The translations under genes were made by a program, and so were the position numbers. Under the pieces are notes generated by a model. It did not search any database, was not told the origin of the DNA, and worked only from the letters and a program-made list of their open reading frames with translations. DNA of 10,755 nucleotides. It comes from Myxococcota bacterium. GTDB taxonomy: Bacteria > Myxococcota_A > Polyangia > Polyangiales > Sandaracinaceae. This document shows, in pieces, positions 1 through 7,134 of this stretch. Location of the stretch: positions 1 through 10,755 of the forward strand of contig JAYZQJ010000095.1 in NCBI GenBank assembly GCA_036149055.1. The letters run 5' to 3'. Each line of letters starts with the position of its first letter. Within the stretch, counting starts at the first letter, position 1.

Positions 1-195
1 ACCGGGGGTGGGCGGCGCGTAGGGTCTTCGGGGCGGCGGGCTCCGCCGCCGGAGGAGCCGAGGATGGCGCCGGTGATCCGGCACATGGGGACGGGGTCGC
101 CTGCGCCTCCGCGGGCTCCCTCCCAGGGAAGCGCGGGCAACACGGGACAGGGCGGCGGCACGTGGCGAGGCAACCAGGCGGCGCGCGAGTGGTGA
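1..195 (+). CDS. Probable 3' end of an upstream CDS (Pro/Gly/Arg-rich low-complexity C-terminal tail, ...PPPEEPRMAPVIRHMGTGSPAPPRAPSQGSAGNTGQGGGTWRGNQAAREW*); partial
   Basis: Frame 1 is open from base 1 to TGA at 193-195. By hand count, 54 of 64 codons end in G/C. The stop lies 24 nt before the next start, which is operon-like spacing. It is absent from the ORF track because it is truncated. Product unknown. Confidence 0.55.
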   Translation, partial: TGGGRRVGSSGRRAPPPEEPRMAPVIRHMGTGSPAPPRAPSQGSAGNTGQGGGTWRGNQAAREW

Positions 196-219
196 GGATC
201 CAGCGGTGAGGGCGCAGTC

Positions 220-1083
220 GTGAACACTCCGAGATGGCTCCTGCTCTGCGCGCTCGCGTCCGGCGTCGCGCTCGCCCTCCCGGCGAGCGGCGCCGCCCAG
301 GACCCGACGGGGCAGGCGCGCGCGCTCTTCGAGCAGGGGGTCGCCGCGTCGGACGCGGGCGACCACGTGCGGGCCGCGCAGTACTTCGAGCAGAGCTACC
401 GGCTCTACCCGCGCGCCTCGACCGCCTGCAACATGGCCCTCGCGCTCGAGAACAGCCAGCGGGCCTGCGCCGCGCCGGCCTGGTACCGCCAGTGCGCGGC
501 GCTCGATCGCGACGGACGCTTCCGCGATCACGCCCAGCGGCAGGCGGCCGCGCTCGAGGCGCAGTGTCAGCAGCAGCAGCAGCCGACGCAGGCCGCGAAC
601 CCGTTCGTCAGCGGGCCGATCGCTCCCACCGGGCCCGCCTCCGGCGGAGGCGGCGCGGTCTCGGGGCGCGCGACGGTGGTCGAGGGCGGGGGCGTCGCCA
701 ACCCGCAGGCGCTGCGGACCCGGGGGGCGGATCACACCCTGCTCGCGGTGGGCATCATCTCGATGGTGCTCGGGGGCGGCGCGATCGGCGGCGGGGCGGC
801 GGCCGCCATCGAGGGGCAGGCGCGGCTCGAGGGGCTGCCGCCGGTGATCACCGAAGGCAGCAACGAGCACGACCGCTGGAGCGAGGCGGCGACCCTGCAC
901 GACCTGGCGCTCGGCCTCTACATCGGCGGCGGCGCGCTCGCGCTGTTCGGGGCGATCATGGTCATCGTCGACCTCGCCCAGCCGGGCGCGCTCGGCGGCA
1001 GCGCCGAGGCCCCGCCCCGGCTCCAGCTCGGCGTCACCCCGACCGAGGGCGGCGCCTTCGGCCAGGCGTCGATCCGCTTCTGA
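220..1083 (+). CDS. Secreted tetratricopeptide-repeat (TPR)-like protein with C-terminal Gly-rich hydrophobic hairpin and terminal beta-hairpin
   Basis: GTG start with GAGG at 208-211. Sec signal peptide (MNTPRWLLLCALASGVALALPASGAA/Q). TPR-like helices ARALFEQGVAASDAGDHVRAAQYFEQSYRLYP...NMALALE...AWYRQC. Pro/Gly/Gln linker, two Gly-rich hydrophobic segments, and the end LQLGVTPTEGGAFGQASIRF. G/C-biased third codon positions. Confidence 0.8.
   Translation: MNTPRWLLLCALASGVALALPASGAAQDPTGQARALFEQGVAASDAGDHVRAAQYFEQSYRLYPRASTACNMALALENSQRACAAPAWYRQCAALDRDGRFRDHAQRQAAALEAQCQQQQQPTQAANPFVSGPIAPTGPASGGGGAVSGRATVVEGGGVANPQALRTRGADHTLLAVGIISMVLGGGAIGGGAAAAIEGQARLEGLPPVITEGSNEHDRWSEAATLHDLALGLYIGGGALALFGAIMVIVDLAQPGALGGSAEAPPRLQLGVTPTEGGAFGQASIRF
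568..582 (+). repeat. (CAG)5 trinucleotide repeat encoding poly-Gln in the linker of the TPR protein
   Basis: cagcagcagcagcag read directly; in frame (QQQQQ). Confidence 0.9.
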
Positions 1084-1146
1084 TCCGATCCGGGGAAACC
1101 GCCCGCGGGCGCGGCGCGTAGGCGTGTGATACCGCCGCCCTTCGGC

Positions 1147-1175
1147 TTGTCTTCGTGTCCCCGTTTGCATAAAAG
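1147..1175 (+). promoter_or_regulatory. Candidate sigma70-type promoter TTGTCT-N17-TAAAAG, overlapping the RBS AAAAGGA (1171-1177)
   Basis: Locally AT-rich patch with 17-nt spacing. The -10 hexamer lacks the final T. AAGGA ends 6 nt before ATG 1184. Confidence 0.3.
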
Positions 1176-1183
1176 GACGCCCC

Positions 1184-1837
1184 ATGACTCTGCGTCGCCA
1201 GCTCCCCTTCGCCTTCTTCGCCGCCCTCCTCTCCATCGCGCCGGTCGCGCACGCGCAGACCGAGGAGGATCCCGAGCCGGAGGTCGCCGACCAGGGGCCC
1301 GAGACCGAAGAGGTCGAGGCCATCTACGATCGCGTGCTCTCGCTCGGCCTCACCGGCGGCCTCGACACGCCCTTCGGCCTCGTCGGCGGGTACGTGGAGT
1401 TCGCGCCGTGGCGCTACCTGGCGTTCTACGCGGGCGGCGGCATCGGCCGCGACGGCGGTCGCTTCGCGGGCGGCGTGCACGGGCGCTACCCGATCGGCCA
1501 CGCCGCGGTCGGCCTCATGCTCGGCGTCGGCGGCGGCGCCCTCGGCTGGGAGAGCGGCGGCGACGAGATGTTCCGCATCCGCCGTCACTGGGACATGGCG
1601 ATGTTCTTCCACGGCGGGATCACCTTCGAGTACCGCTGGGACGAGGGTGTGTTCGGCCGGCTCGGCTTCGGCGTGGACGGCCTCATGACCCCCGGCGCGG
1701 CCGACAGCTGCACCGTGGCCGCGGCCACCAACGGCGGCGAAGAGATGCCGATGCAGTGTGGCCCCGCCGGCGACGGCCTCGCGAAGCCCATCCGCGGCTG
1801 GGCCGGGCTCACCATCGGCTACGCCCTCGATCTCTGA
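1184..1837 (+). CDS. Putative small (about 8-stranded) outer-membrane beta-barrel protein, function unknown
   Basis: ATG with AAGGA RBS. Signal peptide ending AHA/Q and an acidic N-terminal segment. Eight amphipathic Gly/aromatic strands (VLSLGLTGG, LVGGYVEFAP, YLAFYAGGGI, GRFAGGVHGRYP, AAVGLMLGVGGG, AMFFHGGITFEYRW, VFGRLGFGVDGLM, RGWAGLTIGYAL). The C-terminus resembles a beta-signal. Confidence 0.7.
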   Translation: MTLRRQLPFAFFAALLSIAPVAHAQTEEDPEPEVADQGPETEEVEAIYDRVLSLGLTGGLDTPFGLVGGYVEFAPWRYLAFYAGGGIGRDGGRFAGGVHGRYPIGHAAVGLMLGVGGGALGWESGGDEMFRIRRHWDMAMFFHGGITFEYRWDEGVFGRLGFGVDGLMTPGAADSCTVAAATNGGEEMPMQCGPAGDGLAKPIRGWAGLTIGYALDL

Positions 1838-1849
1838 CCGCCCTCGCGG

Positions 1850-1878
1850 TTGACGTTCATGGGGGGCCGGGCTACTCG
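1850..1878 (+). promoter_or_regulatory. Candidate sigma70-type promoter for prfB-lysS: TTGACG-N17-TACTCG
   Basis: Near-consensus -35 (TTGACG 1850-1855), exactly 17 nt, then TACTCG (1873-1878), about 55 nt upstream of the prfB start. Confidence 0.45.
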
Positions 1879-1891
1879 GCCCCCTGATTTT
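1861..1891 (+). terminator. Hairpin, possible intrinsic terminator for the 1184-1837 gene
   Basis: GGGGGCCG (1862-1869) pairs with CGGCCCCC (1877-1884), followed by TGATTTT. The U-tract is interrupted. It lies about 25 nt after the stop codon. Confidence 0.45.
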
Positions 1892-1917
1892 CATGTGTCC
1901 GCGCGCGTGCGCGGGAC

Positions 1918-1924
1918 GAGGGAG
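1918..1924 (+). promoter_or_regulatory. Shine-Dalgarno of prfB (GAGGGAG)
   Basis: Located 7 nt upstream of ATG 1932. Confidence 0.75.
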
Positions 1925-1931
1925 ACAGACC

Positions 1932-3072
1932 ATGACCATGCCCGTGGGTGAGGCGCGAGACCGACTCTCCGACCTCGCACAGCGCCTCGATGCGCTGGGG
2001 AGGTATCTTTGACGTCGACGGCCTGGAACGACGCCTCGACCATCTGAACGCGCAGACCAGCGCCGAAGGCTTCTGGGACGACCCGGACGCGGCGCAGAAG
2101 ACGGTCCAGGAGCGCGCGGAGATCGAGCAGCAGGTCTCGACCTTCCGGAAGCTCGAGCAGGAGGTGAGGGACCTCGGCGAGCTGCTGGAGATGGCCGCGG
2201 GTGAGGACGAGTCGATGGTCGACGACGTGGTCGCCCAGATCCCCGACCTCGAGGAGCGCGTCCGCAAGGCGGAGCTCGCGCGCATGCTCAGCAAGCCCGA
2301 GGACCGGAGCGACGCGATCCTCTACGTGAACCCCGGCGCCGGCGGCGTCGACGCCCAGGACTGGGCCGAGATGCTCTTCCGCATGTACCTCCGCTGGTGC
2401 GAGCGGAAGGGGTTCAAGACCGAGATCCTGAACGAGCAGCCCGGCGAAGAGGCGGGGCTCAAGGACGCCTCGATCGCGGTGCGCGGGGCCAACGCCTACG
2501 GCTACCTCAAGGCCGAGAACGGCGTGCACCGGCTCATCCGGATCAGCCCCTTCGACAGCCAGGCGCGGCGCCACACCGCGTTCGCGGCGGTGCACGTGGT
2601 CCCCGAGATCGATGACGACGTCGAGGTCGACATCAAGAAGGAGGACCTCGAGGTCGACACGATGCGCGCCGGCGGCAAGGGCGGACAGCACGTCAACAAG
2701 ACCGAGTCGGCGATCCGCATCAAGCACGTCCCGAGCGGGATCGTGGTCAAGTGCGCCGCCGAGCGGAGCCAGCACAAGAACCGCTCGACCGCGATGAAGA
2801 TGCTGCGAGGCCTGCTCTACGAGAAGATGCTCGAGGAGAAGGCCGCGCAGTTCGCGAGCGACTACGAGAGCGACAAGAGCGCGATCGACTTCGGCTCCCA
2901 GATCCGCACGTACACGATGCAGCCCTACCAGCTGGTCAAGGACGAGCGGACCGAGCACAAGGTGAGCAACGTCGACGCGGTGCTCGACGGGGATCTCGAT
3001 CCCTTCATCGAGGAGTACCTCCTCTACAGCGCGAACCGCGAGGCCGAGAAGAAGGGGAACGGGGCGGGCTGA
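1932..3072 (+). CDS. prfB: Peptide chain release factor 2, translated by +1 programmed ribosomal frameshift (join 1932..2009,2011..3072; about 379 aa)
   Basis: ATG 1932 reads [26 protein letters not shown] to CTT TGA C (2007-2013). The +1 frame continues DVDGLERRL... and contains the RF2 SPF motif (RISPFDS) and the GGQ motif ([14 protein letters not shown]), plus FGSQIRTY. Confidence 0.97.
1998..2013 (+). promoter_or_regulatory. RF2 autoregulatory +1 frameshift cassette: internal SD GGGAGG, 3-nt spacer TAT, CTT TGA C
   Basis: Sequence GGGAGG TAT CTT TGA C matches the established prfB shift site (E. coli AGGGGG TAT CTT TGA C). Confidence 0.97.
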
Positions 3073-3079
3073 GGCCCGC
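3064..3079 (+). other. Small GC hairpin with the prfB stop codon in its loop
   Basis: GCGGGC-TGAG-GCCCGC followed by TCTCTC. It is a weak terminator or mRNA-stability candidate at best. Confidence 0.3.
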
Positions 3080-3151
3080 TCTCTCGCCCGCGCCCGAAAT
3101 GATCCCGCGTGTCGGCTGTTGAGGCCGCACGCGGCCACGGAGAAGAGGACA

Positions 3152-4825
3152 GTGGCGACCGAAGAGGAGCTCGAGCAGGCCCGGAGGGCCCACGCCCACG
3201 CGCTGCGGGAGGCCGGAGCGCGGCCCTACCCGAACGACTTCCGCCCGACCGAGGCGGACCGGGCGAAGCGCGCGGAGGCGGTGGCCTTCTGCCAGCGCGA
3301 GGATCTCAAGGTGGCCCGCGAGGACGGCGACGCGATCGTCGAGCGCCGCGGGCCCCTCGTGGTGGTGGAGCGGGACGGCCAGCCGGTCGAGCGCTTCCCC
3401 CAGGAGGACGAGGTCGCGAGCGACGCCCCGACCTACCCGCTCTACGGCCGCGTGGTCGCGAAGCGCGGCCCCTTCGTCGTCGTCCAGACGCCGCACGGCC
3501 GCGCCCAGGCCTACCTGCCCAACAAGGGCGGCGACCTGAGCGAGGCCGAGCAGGCGCAGCTGAAGGCGCTCGACCTCGCCGATCACGTGGCGGTCGAGGG
3601 CCCGCTGATGGGCACCCGGCGCGGCGACGCGGCGGTGATGGTCCGCGCCTACCGGCACGTGAGCAAGGCGCTCCGGCCGCCGCCCGGCAAGTTCCACGGG
3701 CTGAAGGACGTCGAGAAGCGCTACCGCGAGCGCTACGTCGATCTCTTCGCGAACCCCGACGTGGCCGCGGTCTTCGAGGCGCGCGCGCTCATCGTGCGGG
3801 CGCTCCGGCGCGTGCTCGACGAGTCCGGGTTCCTCGAGGTCGAGACCCCGATGCTGCAGTCGGTGCGCGGCGGCGCCAGCGCCAAGCCGTTCTCGACCCA
3901 CCACAACGCGCTCGACATGCCGCTCTTCCTGCGCATCGCGCCGGAGCTGTACCTGAAGCGGCTCGTCGTGGGCGGGTTCGACCGCGTCTACGAGATCGGC
4001 CGCAACTTCCGGAACGAGGGCGTGAGCACCCGCCACAACCCCGAGTTCACGATGCTCGAGTACTACATGGCCTACGCCACGTACGAGGAGCAGATGGACC
4101 TGACCGAGGCCGTCATCAAGGCGGCCGACGCGGCGGTGAAGGCGCGCTTCGGGGACCGCTGGGCGGCGGAGCGGACCTTCGACCTCGAGGGCGAGTTCGC
4201 CCGCGTCCCGATGACGCGCGCGATCCTCGATCGCGTCGAGAGCGATCTCGGCCCGACCGGCTTCGAGGGCCTCGACGCGGCCGCGCTCGAGGACGAGGCG
4301 AAGCTGGCCGAGGTCTGCGCCGCGGCGAAGCTCCCGCCGAACGACCGCAAGGTGCTCGACGGCTGCCAGAGCCACGGTGAGCGCATCTTCGCGCTCTTCG
4401 AGATCCTCGCCGAGCCGGCGCTCGAGCAGCTCTACCGCACCGAGGACGGCGCGCGCTCGCGGCCGGTGTTCATCACCCGCTTCCCGTTCGAGGTCTCGCC
4501 GCTCGCGCGCCGCAACGACGCCGATCCGAGCGTCTGCGATCGCTACGAGCTGTTCGTGGAGGGGCGCGAGCTGGCCAACGGCTTCAGCGAGCTGAACGAC
4601 CCGGACGACCAGGCCGAGCGCTTCCAGGCCCAGCTCGCGCTGCGCGAGCGCGGCGACGAGGAGACGATGGACTTCGACGCGGACTACATCCGCGCGCTCA
4701 TGCACGGCATGCCGCCCGCGGCGGGCTGCGGCATCGGCGTGGACCGGCTGGTGATGAGCGTCTGCGCCCAGGCCTCGATCCGCGACGTGCTCCTCTTCCC
4801 GCTGCTCCGGCCGGAGGGCGCGTGA
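3152..4825 (+). CDS. lysS: Lysine--tRNA ligase (class II LysRS), about 557 aa
   Basis: [50 protein letters not shown], motif 2 [41 protein letters not shown] and motif 3 [18 protein letters not shown] prefer the GTG 3152 start (GGAG at 3139-3142) over TTG 3119. It follows prfB as in the E. coli prfB-lysS operon. Confidence 0.96.
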   Translation: MATEEELEQARRAHAHALREAGARPYPNDFRPTEADRAKRAEAVAFCQREDLKVAREDGDAIVERRGPLVVVERDGQPVERFPQEDEVASDAPTYPLYGRVVAKRGPFVVVQTPHGRAQAYLPNKGGDLSEAEQAQLKALDLADHVAVEGPLMGTRRGDAAVMVRAYRHVSKALRPPPGKFHGLKDVEKRYRERYVDLFANPDVAAVFEARALIVRALRRVLDESGFLEVETPMLQSVRGGASAKPFSTHHNALDMPLFLRIAPELYLKRLVVGGFDRVYEIGRNFRNEGVSTRHNPEFTMLEYYMAYATYEEQMDLTEAVIKAADAAVKARFGDRWAAERTFDLEGEFARVPMTRAILDRVESDLGPTGFEGLDAAALEDEAKLAEVCAAAKLPPNDRKVLDGCQSHGERIFALFEILAEPALEQLYRTEDGARSRPVFITRFPFEVSPLARRNDADPSVCDRYELFVEGRELANGFSELNDPDDQAERFQAQLALRERGDEETMDFDADYIRALMHGMPPAAGCGIGVDRLVMSVCAQASIRDVLLFPLLRPEGA

Positions 4826-7134
4826 GCGACGAGGCGCCGGAGGAGACCGCGCCCGCGGATCCGGCGCCGCCCTCTCCCGAGACGTCGCTGCCCGAGCCGA
4901 GACGTGACCGACCGCTGGTGGCGGAGCGAGAGCTCCGGATCGGCTGGCCCGGCGCCGCGCTCGGGCTCTGGGTCGTGCTCCACTACGTCTTCGCGCTCGC
5001 GCCGCTGCTCTACGTGGGCTCGCTCGGCGCGACGCCGAACGAGGCGCCCGAGGTCTTCTTCTGGCTGCCGATCGCGATGTTCGCGCCCTCGGTGGTCATC
5101 ACCGTGGTGCTCGCGGGGGTGGTCCTCGCCCGGGTGCGCCGGGTGGCGCCCGGCACCCGAGGCCGCGCGCGCATGTTCTTCCTCTCGGTGGGCGCGGTCC
5201 TGCGCGCGCTCGGCGCCGCCGCGCTCGCTCCCGTCCTGAGCCTCGTGTTCACCGACACGAACGGCTTCCTCGTCGGGCTGGGCGGCCAGGCGCTCCCGAT
5301 CGGCGGCACCCCGGAGTACGTCGAGTCCATCCGCATGATCGCGGGCTCGCAGGGCACCCTCCCCGTGCTCATGGGCGCGGTGGGGGTGCTGCTCGCCGGC
5401 GCGCTGATCGAGAAGCTCGCCGCGGTCAGCGCGTGGTTCCTGATCTCGCTGCGCATCCGGCAGGTGTTCTGGGTCGTCACCGACGTGCTCGTCGGCGCCG
5501 CCTTCGTCGCCGTGCTGCTCCTGCTGCCCTGGAAGCCCCTGACCGAGGCGCCCGATGGCTGGCAGCTGCCCGCGATCAAGCTCGCGGTCACCACGATCGC
5601 CTGCGTGCGCATCCTCGCGCGGGTGATGCCCTTCGCGCTCGACGGGATGGAGACGGTCGGCGTCCGGCTCCTGGTCGCCGCGCGCATGATGCGGGCGAAG
5701 AAGAGCGGCTTCGTCACCGCGATCGGCGCGCTCTCGATCGGGGCCGTCTCGATCAGCTCCTGCGTGCTCACCAGCACCCTGAGCGTCATGGGCGGCTTCC
5801 GGAACGACCTGAAGCAGAAGATCCTCGGCAACAACGCGCACGTGGTGGTCGACCGCGAGCACGGCGAGTTCGAGGGCTGGGCGCCCACGCTGGAGGCGGT
5901 GCGGGACACCCAGGGCGTCGTCGCGGCCAGCCCCTACGTGCAGGGCGAGGTGATGATCACCAGCGCGACCAACCTCGCCGGCGCGGTGATCCGCGGCATC
6001 GACCCCGAGACCATCAGCGACGTCACCGAGCTGCGCCGCAACCTGCGCCACGGCGAGCTCGACTACCTCGAGCACCCCGAGCGGCTGAACGCGCTCCGCG
6101 CGAGCGAGATGCGCCGCGGGCTGCTCGCGCCGCGAGACACTGGCTCCATCGAGACCGAGGACGACGACGCCGAGAACGATCGCGGGAGCCTCTTCGACGA
6201 GGTCGAGCGGAGCCTCGAGGAGGTCGAGCGAGAGCGAATCGAGGCGGACATCGACGAGTTCCTCCTGCCCGAGGACTCGCTCCCGGAGCCGGCGGCGCCT
6301 CCCGCCTCACCGACGAGCGCGGACGGCGCCGGACCGGACGTGCTGCCCGGGCTGATCGTCGGCCAGGAGCTCGCGCGCACGCTGCGGCTCCACGTCGGCG
6401 ACGAGGTCAACGTCGTCTCGCCGCTCGGCGAGCTGGGCCCGAGCGGCCCGATGCCGAAGAGCCGGCCCTTCCGGATCGCCGGCATCTTCTACAGCGGCAT
6501 GTACGAGTTCGACGTCAAGATGGCGTACACCACGCTGGAGGCGGCGCAGGGCTTCCTCAACGTGGGCGACGCGATCACCGGCATCGAAGCGAAGGTCGAG
6601 GACGCGGAGGCGGCGCTGGCGGTGGCCGAGCGCATGCAGATCGGGATCGGCCGCGACGATCTGCGGGTGCGCGCCTGGCAAGAGGTGAACAAGAACCTCT
6701 TCGGCGCGCTGCAGCTCGAGAAGCTGGTCATGTTCGTGATGCTCGGCATCGCGATCCTCGTCGCGAGCTTCTGCATCGTGGCCACGCTGACCCTGCTGGT
6801 GCAGGAGAAACGCAAAGAGGTCGGGATCCTCAAGGCCATGGGGGCGACGGCGGAGCAGATCGTCGCCGTCTTCATGGCGCAGGGCCTGATGATAGGCGTG
6901 CTGGGCGCGGCGACCGGGCTCGGGCTCGGATACGTCGCCACGTTCGCGACCGAGCACTTCGGGATCCACCTGAACCCCGAGGTCTACTACATCGATCGCC
7001 TCCCGGTTCACGTGGACCCGGCGGAGTTCGCGCTGACCGGGGTCGCGACGGTCATCGTCTGCTTGCTCGCGACCATCTACCCCGCAATCCTCGGCAGCCG
7101 CCTGCAGCCCATGGAAGCGCTTCGGGACACCTGA
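4822..7134 (+). CDS. lolE: Lipoprotein-releasing ABC transporter permease (LolC/LolE/LolF family; MacB-like periplasmic domain plus FtsX-like C-terminal TM domain) with an extra ~275-aa N-terminal membrane domain
   Basis: GTGA overlap with the lysS stop. LolC/E-like sequence begins near 5647: [16 protein letters not shown]...[101 protein letters not shown]...LQPMEALR. It is adjacent to lolD. The lolC/lolE/lolF subtype cannot be resolved by eye. Confidence 0.9.
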   Translation: MSDEAPEETAPADPAPPSPETSLPEPRRDRPLVAERELRIGWPGAALGLWVVLHYVFALAPLLYVGSLGATPNEAPEVFFWLPIAMFAPSVVITVVLAGVVLARVRRVAPGTRGRARMFFLSVGAVLRALGAAALAPVLSLVFTDTNGFLVGLGGQALPIGGTPEYVESIRMIAGSQGTLPVLMGAVGVLLAGALIEKLAAVSAWFLISLRIRQVFWVVTDVLVGAAFVAVLLLLPWKPLTEAPDGWQLPAIKLAVTTIACVRILARVMPFALDGMETVGVRLLVAARMMRAKKSGFVTAIGALSIGAVSISSCVLTSTLSVMGGFRNDLKQKILGNNAHVVVDREHGEFEGWAPTLEAVRDTQGVVAASPYVQGEVMITSATNLAGAVIRGIDPETISDVTELRRNLRHGELDYLEHPERLNALRASEMRRGLLAPRDTGSIETEDDDAENDRGSLFDEVERSLEEVERERIEADIDEFLLPEDSLPEPAAPPASPTSADGAGPDVLPGLIVGQELARTLRLHVGDEVNVVSPLGELGPSGPMPKSRPFRIAGIFYSGMYEFDVKMAYTTLEAAQGFLNVGDAITGIEAKVEDAEAALAVAERMQIGIGRDDLRVRAWQEVNKNLFGALQLEKLVMFVMLGIAILVASFCIVATLTLLVQEKRKEVGILKAMGATAEQIVAVFMAQGLMIGVLGAATGLGLGYVATFATEHFGIHLNPEVYYIDRLPVHVDPAEFALTGVATVIVCLLATIYPAILGSRLQPMEALRDT

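Noticed and set aside
32..50. Hairpin GGCGGCGG-GCT-CCGCCGCC as a terminator
   Set aside because: No U-tract, it lies within a probable coding frame, and such GC stems arise readily by chance here.
193..219. Readthrough or selenocysteine at TGA 193-195 fusing the upstream frame to the in-frame TPR gene
   Set aside because: In-frame adjacency has a 1-in-3 chance. The TPR gene has its own SD and an N-terminal signal peptide. No SECIS-like hairpin is evident.
568..582. (CAG)5 as a phase-variation switch
   Set aside because: The trinucleotide unit keeps the frame, and the tract is short and in a linker.
1948..2010. ORF-track GTG start for RF2, or prfB as a pseudogene with an internal stop
   Set aside because: Fully explained by the programmed +1 frameshift from ATG 1932.
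3119..3151. TTG 3119 as the lysS start
   Set aside because: No SD upstream of it. GTG 3152 has GGAG 9 nt upstream and gives a more plausible N-terminus. Not proven.
234..4380. Alternative-frame + strand ORFs (234-1121, 1126-1887, 2397-2615, 2751-3122, 3109-4380)
   Set aside because: Arg-rich off-frame readings of real genes with no domain signatures.
5433..7133. 822-aa ORF suggesting a large N-terminal extension of LolD, or a frameshifted permease-ATPase fusion
   Set aside because: The part before 7134 is Arg/Ala/Gly-rich off-frame translation overlapping the permease. A clean TGATG coupling gives the LolD start, and I saw no slippery site.
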